Shown piece by piece: positions 10,097 through 19,622 of a stretch of 64,000 nucleotides of DNA; position 1 is the first letter of the stretch; the number at the start of each line of letters is the position of its first letter. The stretch comes from an uncultured delta proteobacterium. Lineage in GTDB: Bacteria > Myxococcota_A > Polyangia > Polyangiales > Polyangiaceae. Made by a program: the position numbers and the translations under genes. The notes below the pieces were generated by a model. That model worked only from the letters and a program-made list of their open reading frames with translations, had not been told where the DNA came from and did no database searches. The stretch lies in assembly GCA_963716725.1 (NCBI GenBank), contig CAVQUB010000006.1, forward strand, positions 96,001-160,000. The letters are read 5' to 3'.

Positions 10097-10215
10097 GCAC
10101 GTCGACGGCATACCCCGATCTGCCCGACGTACCAGGGTTCAGCTGCGCCGGCCGAGCGAAGCGACGTTCACGTCTGCTGCAAACCGGAGTTGGGCAGCGT
10201 GCGCAACTGAGGCTG

Positions 10216-10521
10216 TCAGCCCGTTCTTCTGAGGATCTCGACGTCGCGCGCGAGCCTGGGTCCGAGCCGATCGGCTTCGACCGCCAAGTCGTAAGAGGTC
10301 TGGAGGTTCAACCAGAAGCGCGGAGCGTTCCGAAAGAAGCGACCAAGCCGCAATGCCGTATCGGCGCTGATGGCACGCTTCCTGAGAACAATCTCGTTGA
10401 TCCGCCGCGCAGGAACCTTCAGACCCTTGGCCAATCGGTACTGTGTCAGAGCAAGCGGTTTGAGAAACTCCTCGGCCAGAATTTCTCCCGGATGAACTGG
10501 GGATAGCCTTTTACGCGCCAC
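10216..10521 (-). CDS. higA: HigA addiction-module antitoxin (HTH)
   Basis: Motifs HPGEILAEEFL, RINEIV, ISADTALRLGRFF and FWLNLQTSYDL. Confidence 0.95.
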   Translation of the reverse strand: MARKRLSPVHPGEILAEEFLKPLALTQYRLAKGLKVPARRINEIVLRKRAISADTALRLGRFFRNAPRFWLNLQTSYDLAVEADRLGPRLARDVEILRRTG

Positions 10522-10530
10522 GGTGTCCTC

Positions 10531-10812
10531 CTAGTGATAGTCCACGATTTCGACGTCGTAGGCGTCAGTGCCGACCCAGCGGAAGCAGACGCGCCACTGG
10601 TCGTTGATACGAATGCTGTGCTGGCCAAGACGATCGGCCGACAGCTTCTCCAGTCGGTTCGCAGGCGGAACCTTGAGGTCGGCGAGGCTCGTTGCGGCAT
10701 CCAGCATCAGCAGTTTACGAAGGGCGGTTCAGTGAAGATCCGGCGGAACGCGCTTGACCCGTTCGCGGCGAAAAAGTCGCTCAGCATCCGGGTCGCGAAA
10801 GCCGCGGATCAC
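10531..10812 (-). pseudogene. higB: HigB toxin with an in-frame nonsense codon
   Basis: Manual translation from GTG 10812: VIRGFRDPDAERLFRRERVKRVPPDLH*TALRKLLMLDAATSLADLKVPPANRLEKLSADRLGQHSIRINDQWRVCFRW...VEIVDYH. TGA at 10729-10731 is codon 28. Confidence 0.9.
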
Positions 10813-10817
10813 GGTTG

Positions 10818-10840
10818 ATAGTAACGTGTAGCGTTACTAT
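10818..10840. promoter_or_regulatory. palindromic operator upstream of higBA (probable HigA autorepression site)
   Basis: Perfect 9-bp inverted repeat ATAGTAACG-TGTAG-CGTTACTAT, 5 bp upstream of the higB start. Confidence 0.7.
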
Positions 10841-11582
10841 GTGCAAGGGCGCCCTCCCGCGCGGTTCCGGTGCGCCGGAGCGGACTTGATGCAAGAGGCT
10901 TGCGACCCGACGCAACCGCGCGGCGCGTGACGAGCCGCCAGAGCTTCTTTGGTTTGAGTCTGCGCGAAGCGCATGTTGCGCGCCCGAGCTTCGATGGCGT
11001 TCGAGTGAGTGGGTGCGCCACTTGGGCGGGGCCCGGACGCAGCGCCAGCAGGAGCCGTCTGCTCGAAAGCCCACGACGCCGTCATCGAAGCGAGCGCAGT
11101 CGATGGCGACCAGGTCGCACGACATCGAGAGAGATCACGCATCGAGCAGAGAACGACGCGTCCCCTCCGCCCGCGCGGGCGCGAGCCTTGGCAAGACGCG
11201 CGAGGTCTCGCCGAGACATCACCGCTCGCGCTGCCGGGCTTGGAGGGGACCGCGGAGCGGAGCGACGCGAGGGGAGGCAGGGCATCCGCTACGAGCAGTT
11301 GGAGAAGAAGGGTCGCGCGGCGGCGGAGTTGGTGCACGCGCAGGCGTGAAAGGGAGGAGCTAGACGATCATGCAGGAACAAACCCGCGAACCCGGAACGC
11401 GAAACGCCAAGCTACACTGGAAGCGCCCCGTCGCCTGGACGCGCATGCTCGTTCAACTGGATACTCTGTTCGAGGGACGTCTGCCTGCCTGACGTCAACT
11501 TACCCAGAAATTCTGACACTCCCGCCGGCAGTGATGAAGGCTATGTCTGCGCCTTCGATCAGCACCGCTGCTGGAAGGCGCG

Positions 11583-12125
11583 TCATGTGCAAAGCGACGA
11601 CGGCAAGCACACCTTTGACCCGCTCGCGGTCGGCTTGCAGCACCCGCCCGGGCAGTCGGAGGCCGACAGGCATTCGACCGCGCACCAGCCGTTGCCGTCC
11701 TGGTTCAGGTTCAAGCAGATCGCGCCGAGACAGCAATCCTTGGTGTTGCACGACATCCCAGGGCCGGCGCAGGTCGATGAGTCGCAAATCGTCTTGCTGA
11801 CGCCGCCCTCGGTGTACGCGCCGCTGCAAATCCCGGTGGGCGAGCAGCAACCGGAATTGCATTGTTCGTTCTTCGTGCACTTGGGGTAGCACTGCGACCC
11901 AAACCCCGTGTAGAGACAGCCGCCTCCCGCGGGGTCGCCGACGCAGCAATCGGACGCGGCGCTGCAGGTCGCCTCGTAGTTCGAGCACGCGTTGAGTTGC
12001 GACTGCCCGCCCGTGCCGCCCGTGCCGCCCGTGCCGCCCGTGCCGCCCGTGCCACCCGCGCCACCGGTCGCTGGGCCACCGACTCCACCGGACCCACCGC
12101 CAATGCCGGCAGCGCCACCCGTGGT
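11583..12125 (-). pseudogene. Cys-rich myxobacterial surface-protein C-terminal module with a (GGT)n linker; no start codon or signal peptide found
   Basis: GGTGGTGGTGG linker (9-bp repeats at ~12008-12060) followed by a domain with more than 20 Cys (CC pairs). The upstream in-frame sequence does not look like a signal peptide. Confidence 0.55.
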
Positions 12126-12636
12126 GCAAAGCAGGTGAAGCCAGAATTTCCCGTGGCTCCGCTCGCCCTCCAGGTGGCGAACTGGCGAAGTCAGGTGGCG
12201 ATCGCCACCCAGTTGCACCGCGCATCCCCGTCTTCCCCGCCGCGATCGCTCGAGACCTCGCGTCTCGACTCGCCACGCGGCGTGGCGCAGAGCGTGCGCC
12301 GACGAGCGGGGCCCGGCCACCGCGCCGGGCCGAGGCACGACGGGCCGCTCGCCCCAGCGATCCCCGACGCCACGGTCGCGGAACGACGCACGTCTTCCCC
12401 GTTCGGGCGTGAGCCCGAATTTGGGCAAGACCGACGCCGCGGAGCGGCGGCGAGTTGGGGCAGGAAGGGAGCCGGAGCACCCGGTAGCGAGCGGCGGCGG
12501 CCCAGCTCGCCGAAATCCGATCGAGAGTGAGCCCGGCCGAGTGACTCTTGACGGGCTACACGAACGGGTATCTTCTCTTTCCGCGTCTGCGCGGCGCCGG
12601 GGCGCTCTGGCCGATGCGACAGAAGAGGATCCTCGC

Positions 12637-13944
12637 ATGCTGATCCGTTACATGATGCTCACGGCGCTTGCGCCGTCCTTGGCGTTACTGACGTTTGCTT
12701 GCGGCAGCTCGGACTCGAAGCACGAAGACCCAGATGTTGTCGACGCTTCAGACGCTGCGACGGCGGATGCCGACGCTTCGGGGGCAGATGCCGGAACGCC
12801 AGATGCCGACGCCGACCCGGACGCCCCCGCTGACGCCAACACCGAAGAGGCCGCGCCCGACGGGCCTGCACCGGATGCTCCGGATCCCTGCGCCGCGACG
12901 GGCCTCGCTTCGTTCGGGATCTCGAACCTGCCCACGGGCTTCCAGCTGCCGACGCTGAACGGAAGCGACCCGGTGCTGGTTCCTCAGGGCTTCAACACGG
13001 ACACGGGGGACTTTCCCCACGGGTCGGGGTCCTATGGGACGGCGCTCGCGGGCACCGCTCCGGACAGCCCCCGTGTCTTGTATGTCACCGACTTCACCCT
13101 GGACGCCGGCAGCGAGTTCGTCGTCACCGGGTCGCGTCCGCTGATCCTCGTCGCGACGGGTACGGTGACGATCGCCGGGACGGTTCGCACGCCGCAGACC
13201 AACACCACCAGCGGCGCGGGAGGCTTCGCTTCGCCGGTCAACCCCAACAATTGTGGCTCGGGTGGGGGCTGTCCGACGCAGGGCCTCGGTCCTGGCGGGG
13301 GCGGCCCTGGATCGGTGAAGGGGATCGGCGGGGGCGGCGCGAGCCACTGCGGCCTCGGCGGTACGGGCGCGAACGGAGGGGCGAAGGGCGCGACGTACGG
13401 TAGTCCCTCGCTCAGCCCGCTCAGCCCTGGCTCGAGCGGAGGATCGGCTTCGTATGGGAACGGACCCAGCGGCCCCGGCGGCGGAGCGCTGCAGATCGTC
13501 GCGGGCAAGACCATCGTGATCGCGACGACCGGGATCCTGACCATGGCCGGGGGCGGAGGCCACGCGGGCGCTACCGGCGCCGGCAGTGGCGGCGCAATCT
13601 TGCTCGAGGCCCCGACGATCACGGTGAACGGCGCCCTGGCAGCCAACGGCGGCGGCGGCGGAGGCAGCTCCGGCAGCGTTGCCATCGGCGCTTGGGGCGG
13701 CGTCACGTCGACCCCGGCCGCGGGCGGCGGCGCGAGCGGCGAGATGGCCGGCAATGGCTCTGCCGGCGGCGCCATCGACGGCACGAACGGTCAGCCGTCC
13801 GAGTGGGGCACCGGCGGTGGCGGCGGTGCGGGACGCATCCGCATGAACACCATGTGTGGCGCGGTCACCGTCGGCGCGGGCGCCGTGATCAGCCCGGCAC
13901 AGACCACTGCCTGCGCAACGCTGGGCACACTCGCCAAGCCCTGA
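12637..13944 (+). CDS. Gly-rich secreted lipoprotein
   Basis: Lipobox FAC, Asp/Ala-rich linker and repeated GGSGGAI/GGGGGAGRI motifs. GAGGA RBS. Confidence 0.75.
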   Translation: MLIRYMMLTALAPSLALLTFACGSSDSKHEDPDVVDASDAATADADASGADAGTPDADADPDAPADANTEEAAPDGPAPDAPDPCAATGLASFGISNLPTGFQLPTLNGSDPVLVPQGFNTDTGDFPHGSGSYGTALAGTAPDSPRVLYVTDFTLDAGSEFVVTGSRPLILVATGTVTIAGTVRTPQTNTTSGAGGFASPVNPNNCGSGGGCPTQGLGPGGGGPGSVKGIGGGGASHCGLGGTGANGGAKGATYGSPSLSPLSPGSSGGSASYGNGPSGPGGGALQIVAGKTIVIATTGILTMAGGGGHAGATGAGSGGAILLEAPTITVNGALAANGGGGGGSSGSVAIGAWGGVTSTPAAGGGASGEMAGNGSAGGAIDGTNGQPSEWGTGGGGGAGRIRMNTMCGAVTVGAGAVISPAQTTACATLGTLAKP

Positions 13945-14183
13945 GGCAGCGTCCGCCGCCCAGCTACGGCGCGCAGCATTCTGGAGCCAGCGCGATGCAT
14001 TTGCGTTTGCGCAAACTCTCGCTGGAAAGCGGCATACGCTTCATGCGGCGAGGTCCGCGGCTGGTGGCGACGAGGCCCCGCGAGCAGTGATCGCAGGCTG
14101 CCCGACGGGCAATCGGTCGACGGCGACGAGCACTGCGGTTGGGTGCTCGAGCACGACAACATGAGCGCGAAGTACTCGAGCAA

Positions 14184-14392
14184 GACTCGCGATCACTCCA
14201 CCTGCACCCAGCGGCGCACGCCTTCGCTCGCGAGCTGCAGCGTGCCGCTGACCAGCATCACGGCCACCACCCCGACCGCGAGCACGTGCGGCGCACGCAG
14301 CATGGCCAGCGTGCCTTGTTCGAGCAGCGAGCCGAGACTCACGCCGTCCGGCGGCCCGAGGCCGACGAAGCCGAGCGCGGTCTCTCCGAGCA
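14184..14392. repeat. direct repeat copy 2 (3' end of the intact dppC)
   Basis: Matches 9888-10096 at an offset of 4296 bp. Confidence 0.95.
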
Positions 14393-15014
14393 CCACGCCG
14401 GCGGCCGAGGTGCCGATCTGCACCGAGACCGGCCCGAGCAGGTTTGGGATCACGTGGGCGATCACCACGGCCGCGCGTCCGTGGCCGAGAGCACGCGCGG
14501 CCTCGACGAACTGCGACTCCGAGAGGATGCGGGACTGGGCCGCCGCCACGCGCGCGAAGGGCGCCCACGCGGTCACGCAAAATACGAGGCCGATGTGCAG
14601 GCGCGAGGGCGTCCGCACCGCCGAGAGCACGGCGAGCGCCAGCAAGAAGGTGGGGAACGACTGCACCAAGTCGCAGGCACGGAGCGTCCAGCGCTCGAAG
14701 CGTCCACGAAAAATCCCCGCGGCGGCCCCGAGGGGCGTGCCGACCACGAAAGCGAAGAGCGCGACGAGCGCAGCCAGGAGCAGCGCCCGCACCGTCGCGT
14801 GGCTGACCAGCGCGAGCAGGTCGACTCCGGCATCGCCCGAACCCAGGGGACGCGCCGGACCGGGCGCCGCCCACGAAAGCTCGAGCGCCAGGCGCGACGG
14901 CGATCGCTCCGAGATGAACGTGAACAGCGCCGTGACCACCACCAGCACGACGGCAGGAGCGATGGCCGAAAGCGCGCGCCGTCTCCGGGCGCGGACCCGC
15001 GGATCGCCGCTCAC
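14193..15014 (-). CDS. dppC: peptide ABC transporter permease DppC/OppC
   Basis: EAA loop FVEAARALG, HVIPN and ETALGFVGLG. Confidence 0.88.
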   Translation of the reverse strand: MSGDPRVRARRRRALSAIAPAVVLVVVTALFTFISERSPSRLALELSWAAPGPARPLGSGDAGVDLLALVSHATVRALLLAALVALFAFVVGTPLGAAAGIFRGRFERWTLRACDLVQSFPTFLLALAVLSAVRTPSRLHIGLVFCVTAWAPFARVAAAQSRILSESQFVEAARALGHGRAAVVIAHVIPNLLGPVSVQIGTSAAGVVLGETALGFVGLGPPDGVSLGSLLEQGTLAMLRAPHVLAVGVVAVMLVSGTLQLASEGVRRWVQVE

Positions 15015-16015
15015 GCTTCCCTGCCCCGTGGGTCGATGACCGCGTGCACGAAGATCGCGAGCGCTTGCACCGCGACGAAGAGCAGACCCGCCGCGACCAC
15101 GCTGGCTTCGAGCACGGGGATGTCACGCGCCGCGTAGGCGCTGAGCATGAGCGTGCCCAGCCCGGGCCGCTCGAAGAGGCGCTCGAGCACCACCGCACCG
15201 CCGAGCAGCGCGCCGAGCTGAGCGGCGATCACCACCGAAATCGGCGCGGACGCCGCCGGCAGCGCGTGCACCACCCACACTCGCCACGGCGAGGCGCCCT
15301 TGGCGGCGGCCGTATCCAGGAACTTTGCGCGGCCGAGATCGAGCAGCGCGGCACGTCCGATGCGCGCGACCTGCGCGGCCAGCGGCAACGACAGCAGGCC
15401 AGCAGCGAATACCAGGCCACTGGCGCCGCTCTCGGGATCACCGGGCAGCGGCACGATGTGCCAGCGCACCGCGAGCGCGTAGGTCGCGACCGGTGCAAAG
15501 GCCAAGAGCGGAGTCGCCGCGACGAAAAGCACCGCGCGGTGGAGCCACTCGCGCCGCGCGCCGAACCATGGGCCCACGCAGAGCACGGCGGCGGCGATGC
15601 CCGCCAGCGCGCCGATCGCGACGGCAGTTCCCGCAAGCGCGGCCGTCGGCCCGAGCGCGCGGCCCACCTCCGCGAATGCGGGTGTGCCGGGCCGCGCCAG
15701 CGAGTCTCCGAGGTCGAGCCGAGCGAGCCCCAGCAAGAAGTGCAGGTACTGGACCGGCAGGGGGCGGTCGAGCCCGAGCTTCCCGCGCAAGAGCGCGCGA
15801 TCGGCCTCCGAAGCCTGCTCGCCGAGCACCAGCGCCGCCGGATCGCCCGGCAGTAGGCGGAGCGCCAGGAAGACCAGGCTCGCCAGGGCAACGAGCGTGA
15901 CCACGGCGCCCCCGGTCCGGCCGACAACTGCCCGCGTGAGCTGGAGCAGCGCTCGCACCACTTCCCTGGATCGCGCGCGTGGGCTGGGCCCTGCCGCGGC
16001 GTGATCTTCGCTCAT
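15011..16015 (-). CDS. dppB: peptide ABC transporter permease DppB/OppB
   Basis: Motifs LPGDPA, LGLDRPLPVQY, GGAVVLERLF and RDIPV. Confidence 0.9.
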   Translation of the reverse strand: MSEDHAAAGPSPRARSREVVRALLQLTRAVVGRTGGAVVTLVALASLVFLALRLLPGDPAALVLGEQASEADRALLRGKLGLDRPLPVQYLHFLLGLARLDLGDSLARPGTPAFAEVGRALGPTAALAGTAVAIGALAGIAAAVLCVGPWFGARREWLHRAVLFVAATPLLAFAPVATYALAVRWHIVPLPGDPESGASGLVFAAGLLSLPLAAQVARIGRAALLDLGRAKFLDTAAAKGASPWRVWVVHALPAASAPISVVIAAQLGALLGGAVVLERLFERPGLGTLMLSAYAARDIPVLEASVVAAGLLFVAVQALAIFVHAVIDPRGREA

Positions 16016-16671
16016 GCGTCGGTCGAAACGTCTGCGCCCGCGTCCCCTACCCCAGCGTCGGCATCCGCTCCGGAATCCTGGGCATCGCTTTCGGCGTCAC
16101 CGGCATCGCTTTCGGCGTCGCCGGCATCGCTGGCGTCGTTGGGCGCGTCGACGCCCGCCTCCACCGGTGGCGACCATGGATTCACGTCGAAGCCGGCGTC
16201 AGTGCCGGTGCAGATCTCGGTGTTGGGGTTCTCCGGCAGCTTTGCTCCGGAATAGGGGACGACGCAGACCCGACCGCTGGGACCGCCGAACTCCACGAGC
16301 TCCGCCCCCCACGGGTTGCCCTTCGCCGCGAGGTTCTCGCACGAATAGCCGCCACGACAGTCTCCGTTGCCCTCGCAGCTGCGGAGGCAGAAGGTGCGGC
16401 GCAGGCGGGGCTCTTCCTGAGGGTCGCGGCAGACCAGGCTGTCGGAGGTGTAAAAGGCGATGCACACCGCCTCTTCGGGGCAAGTCCCCGGCTCGCAGTT
16501 GAAGATGGTGCAGTAGCCGCCCGGCTGCGTCGAGTCGCAGAGGCGGTCACCGACGTTGGAGCAATCGGTCGAGACGGAGCACTCGTCGCCGATCTCGGGC
16601 TTGCAGCCGAGGACGGCCAGCGCCGAGACCAAGGCGAGCATGGCCCACCGATCGAAGTCCTGCCGTAGCAT
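16012..16671 (-). CDS. Cys-rich lipoprotein
   Basis: Lipobox LGC, ~12 Cys, and a DA-rich tail with 21-bp repeats (GDAESDA). Confidence 0.7.
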   Translation of the reverse strand: MLRQDFDRWAMLALVSALAVLGCKPEIGDECSVSTDCSNVGDRLCDSTQPGGYCTIFNCEPGTCPEEAVCIAFYTSDSLVCRDPQEEPRLRRTFCLRSCEGNGDCRGGYSCENLAAKGNPWGAELVEFGGPSGRVCVVPYSGAKLPENPNTEICTGTDAGFDVNPWSPPVEAGVDAPNDASDAGDAESDAGDAESDAQDSGADADAGVGDAGADVSTDA

Positions 16672-16794
16672 GAGAGCGCGCGGACTCTAGCCGGCGTAGG
16701 GGAAAAGTCACGACGAAACGCCGGCGGGGCGCGGCGTCCGAGGTTCCATCGGCCCCAAATCGGCTCTATGAGCGGATCCGGCTCGCTCTCGGTC

Positions 16795-17100
16795 ATGGCC
16801 ACGTACATCAGCATGGACTGCATCAACTGCGGCGCTTGCGAGCGCGAGTGTCCAAACGACGCCATCGGACCGGGCGACGAGGTCTTCGAGATCGACCCGA
16901 ACGCCTGCACCGAGTGCGTGGGGTACTTCCCCCGCGAGGCCTGCCAAGAAGTGTGTCCGGTCAGGTGTTGCCTGCCCGATCCGCGCCGCGACGAGCCCGA
17001 GTCGGTGCTGCTCGCGCGAGCGCTCCGGCTGCGCCCGAACGACGCCGAGCTGGAGGCTCGGGTCGAGCGCGGCGATTTTCCATCTCGGTTCCGATGCTGA
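16795..17100 (+). CDS. yfhL: YfhL-family 2[4Fe-4S] ferredoxin
   Basis: CINCGACERECP and CTECVG...CQEVCP. Confidence 0.88.
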   Translation: MATYISMDCINCGACERECPNDAIGPGDEVFEIDPNACTECVGYFPREACQEVCPVRCCLPDPRRDEPESVLLARALRLRPNDAELEARVERGDFPSRFRC

Positions 17101-17951
17101 AGTCCGTGCAAATAGTCTGCGGCGCTGCCCTGGGGCTCGCCGGCTGCGGCGGCGGCGCTCCGCTCCTGCACCCGGTGCACCCACTCGCGCCGGAGCACGT
17201 CGCCATGGGCGCCGGCGTGAGCACGCAGATCGTGGCCGGCGACGCGGCCGCTGTCATCGACGACGCCCGCGAGGCGATGAGCGACGGCGCCATCGACTCG
17301 AACGCAGAGCGACATCGCTTCGTGAAAGGCGCACTCGCGTACAGTCTGCTCGCGCCCGGTCTCGCGCCGTGGGTCGGCGCCCGAGTCGGGATCGGTCATT
17401 CGGCGGAGGCCGGCGTGACCTACACGGCCCGCGCCGTGCGCATCGACGGACGCTATGCGCTGACAGACGACGCCTTCGCGCTGAGCGGCGGGCTCGGCGC
17501 GAGCGGCGTCCTCGCGCGCCCCGGCTCGGATCCGCCCGGGGAGCTCCGCGGTGACCGCGACGAGAAGATCCCCGGGCTCGATCTGGGCGGCGTGTCCGGC
17601 TTCGGGATGGACCTGCCCCTGTTGGCGGGCTGGCGTAGCCCCTCGAACCTCTGGCAGGTCTGGCTGGGGGCGCGGGGGGGATTCGAGCGGCTCCGGGGCA
17701 CCGCGGTCCTTCAGGTCGACGTCGATCCGAGCGTCAGCGACGAGGCTCGCTTCGAGGCTTCGCGTTGGTACGCCCTGGGAGTGGTGGGTTTCGGCGTGAG
17801 CCTCCACCCTGTCACGGTGGCCCTCGAGATCGACGCGGGGTACCAGCACGGCAGCGGGCTGGTGATGTTGGACAGCGGCCGACAGGATGGCTCGCTCGAC
17901 GGAATCAGCGTCACGCCGGGCGTCGCGGTGATCCTGAACCTATGGAAGTGA
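17094..17951 (+). CDS. hypothetical lipoprotein, possibly outer-membrane beta-barrel
   Basis: Lipobox LAGC, alternating beta-strand patterns and a near-terminal aromatic residue. Confidence 0.6.
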   Translation: MLKSVQIVCGAALGLAGCGGGAPLLHPVHPLAPEHVAMGAGVSTQIVAGDAAAVIDDAREAMSDGAIDSNAERHRFVKGALAYSLLAPGLAPWVGARVGIGHSAEAGVTYTARAVRIDGRYALTDDAFALSGGLGASGVLARPGSDPPGELRGDRDEKIPGLDLGGVSGFGMDLPLLAGWRSPSNLWQVWLGARGGFERLRGTAVLQVDVDPSVSDEARFEASRWYALGVVGFGVSLHPVTVALEIDAGYQHGSGLVMLDSGRQDGSLDGISVTPGVAVILNLWK

Positions 17952-18042
17952 AGCTATAATCTCGGAAGATCTCGGCCACTTGCCTGGGCTGGGCGGGGCC
18001 GACCGGCTTGCTCGCTCCCGGAGCAGGCCCTAGGATAGCCCC

Positions 18043-18918
18043 GTGAACCCGGTCGCCGGTCGGTCCAGTGTATTCGCGCTCATTGGCGCCCTCGCCCTCG
18101 GGTGCTCGGCCGAGGTCGACAGCTACGCCACGGATGCGGACACCGCTTCGAGCGCGCACGCACTGGTCACGGTACAGCGCTGGGTGAGCGTGGACGGAAC
18201 AGCTGCCCGCGCTGACGTGCTCGCCGGTTTCGTGCGGGTGCCCGCCGACGTCGAGTCCCGCCCCATCTACGAACTGATCGGCCTGCGCTCCGCGATCCCG
18301 CCCGTCGGGCAGTGCCGAGACAAGAACCTGGCGCCCGAGTCGGTGCCGTCCACGACCGGCATCGGCCAGATCGAGTTGCTCGAAGCCGGCGAGGTCTGGG
18401 TCGGCGCGGCGGGGACAGAAGCCACGCTCGCCCCCCACGCATTCCCCACCGTCACGGATCAAATCTCCGGCGTGCTCTACGCCTCTCGCGGTCGGTCGGC
18501 TTCGGCGTTTCCTGCCGCGAGCCAGTATGCGGTGCGTACCGCCGGCGGACCGTCGATCCCGAGTATCAGCATCACGCGCGAGGCGCCGCTCGAGCTCGAC
18601 ACGGTCACCGTGGGTGGCATGGCACTGGGCGAGGTCAAAGAGATCGGTGTCGGTTCTCCCATCGACGTGACCTGGGGCGTCGGCGCGAGCGGCGACGTCG
18701 TCATCGCGGAGCTCGCGACCGCCGATCGCGTGATCGCCTGCGCCTTCCGCGACGACATGGGCTCGGGCACCATTCCCGCGGGCCGCCTCGACAAGTCCGG
18801 CGCCGGTCGGTTCTCGCTCCAACGGATCCGTACGGCTTCGTTCCGCACCCACGAGATCGACTTCGGCGAACTTACGTTCCAGTTCGAGCTCGGGACCAGC
18901 GTCACCTTCAAGCCTTGA
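18043..18918 (+). CDS. hypothetical lipoprotein
   Basis: Lipobox LGC and GC-rich third codon positions. Confidence 0.65.
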   Translation: MNPVAGRSSVFALIGALALGCSAEVDSYATDADTASSAHALVTVQRWVSVDGTAARADVLAGFVRVPADVESRPIYELIGLRSAIPPVGQCRDKNLAPESVPSTTGIGQIELLEAGEVWVGAAGTEATLAPHAFPTVTDQISGVLYASRGRSASAFPAASQYAVRTAGGPSIPSISITREAPLELDTVTVGGMALGEVKEIGVGSPIDVTWGVGASGDVVIAELATADRVIACAFRDDMGSGTIPAGRLDKSGAGRFSLQRIRTASFRTHEIDFGELTFQFELGTSVTFKP

Positions 18919-18929
18919 ATCGGCGCCAC

Positions 18930-19622
18930 ATGATTCGGATCTGGGCGCGACGTGTCACGAGCTTCTTCGCGCTCGGCGTCTGCCTGCTCGGCCTGTCCGT
19001 CGACGCCGCCGCCAAGCCCAAAGGCAAGACCAAGGCGCGAGCGACAGGAGCGGCGTACCGAGCGCAGGTCGAGAAGTGGCACGCCGCACCGGAAGGGGCC
19101 CAGGCTCCCGCCGACGCCGCCGGCCGCCCGCGCCTCGTGCTCGAGAACATCAATACTGGCGAACGCGTCGAGCTCGACGCGAGCTCGGATCAGGGCGGCT
19201 TCGCGCCGGACGCACTCGCCCGCGCTGCGACGCTGCTCCGAGACTCGGGCAAGAACCGCGAGCAGGCCATGGATGCTGCGCTGCTCGACCTGCTGTACCG
19301 CTTGCAACGGCACTTCGACGCGCCCTGCGTGCGGGTGATCAGCGCCTACCGTGCGGGCGGCAAGTCGCAACACGCCCGTGGGCGCGCCGCCGACATCGTC
19401 ATCCCCGGCGTCCCGGACGACAAGCTCGCGGCCGTGGCCCGCTCCCTCGGTGGCACCGGCGTCGGGCTCTATCCTCGCAGCGGCTTCGTGCACGTCGACG
19501 TGCGCGAACACGCTCACTATTGGGTGGACTCGAGCGGTCCCGGCGCGCCTGAGCGAAAGCGCGTTCGCAAGAAGCCAACGAAACGCCAGACCAGCCGCGC
19601 CTCGCGCCCCAAGAAGAAATGA
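18930..19622 (+). CDS. YcbK/DUF882 (peptidase M15A-like) secreted protein
   Basis: Motifs VISAYR, SQHARGRAADI and GVGLYPRSGFVHVDVR. Signal peptide present. Confidence 0.85.
   Translation: MIRIWARRVTSFFALGVCLLGLSVDAAAKPKGKTKARATGAAYRAQVEKWHAAPEGAQAPADAAGRPRLVLENINTGERVELDASSDQGGFAPDALARAATLLRDSGKNREQAMDAALLDLLYRLQRHFDAPCVRVISAYRAGGKSQHARGRAADIVIPGVPDDKLAAVARSLGGTGVGLYPRSGFVHVDVREHAHYWVDSSGPGAPERKRVRKKPTKRQTSRASRPKKK

Noticed and set aside
10729..10731. Selenocysteine or read-through at the higB TGA
   Set aside because: This is not a Cys position and no SECIS-like element was evident. A nonsense mutation is simpler.
10870..11560. Integrase or recombinase remnant for the island
   Set aside because: No tyrosine or serine recombinase motifs were recognisable in any frame.
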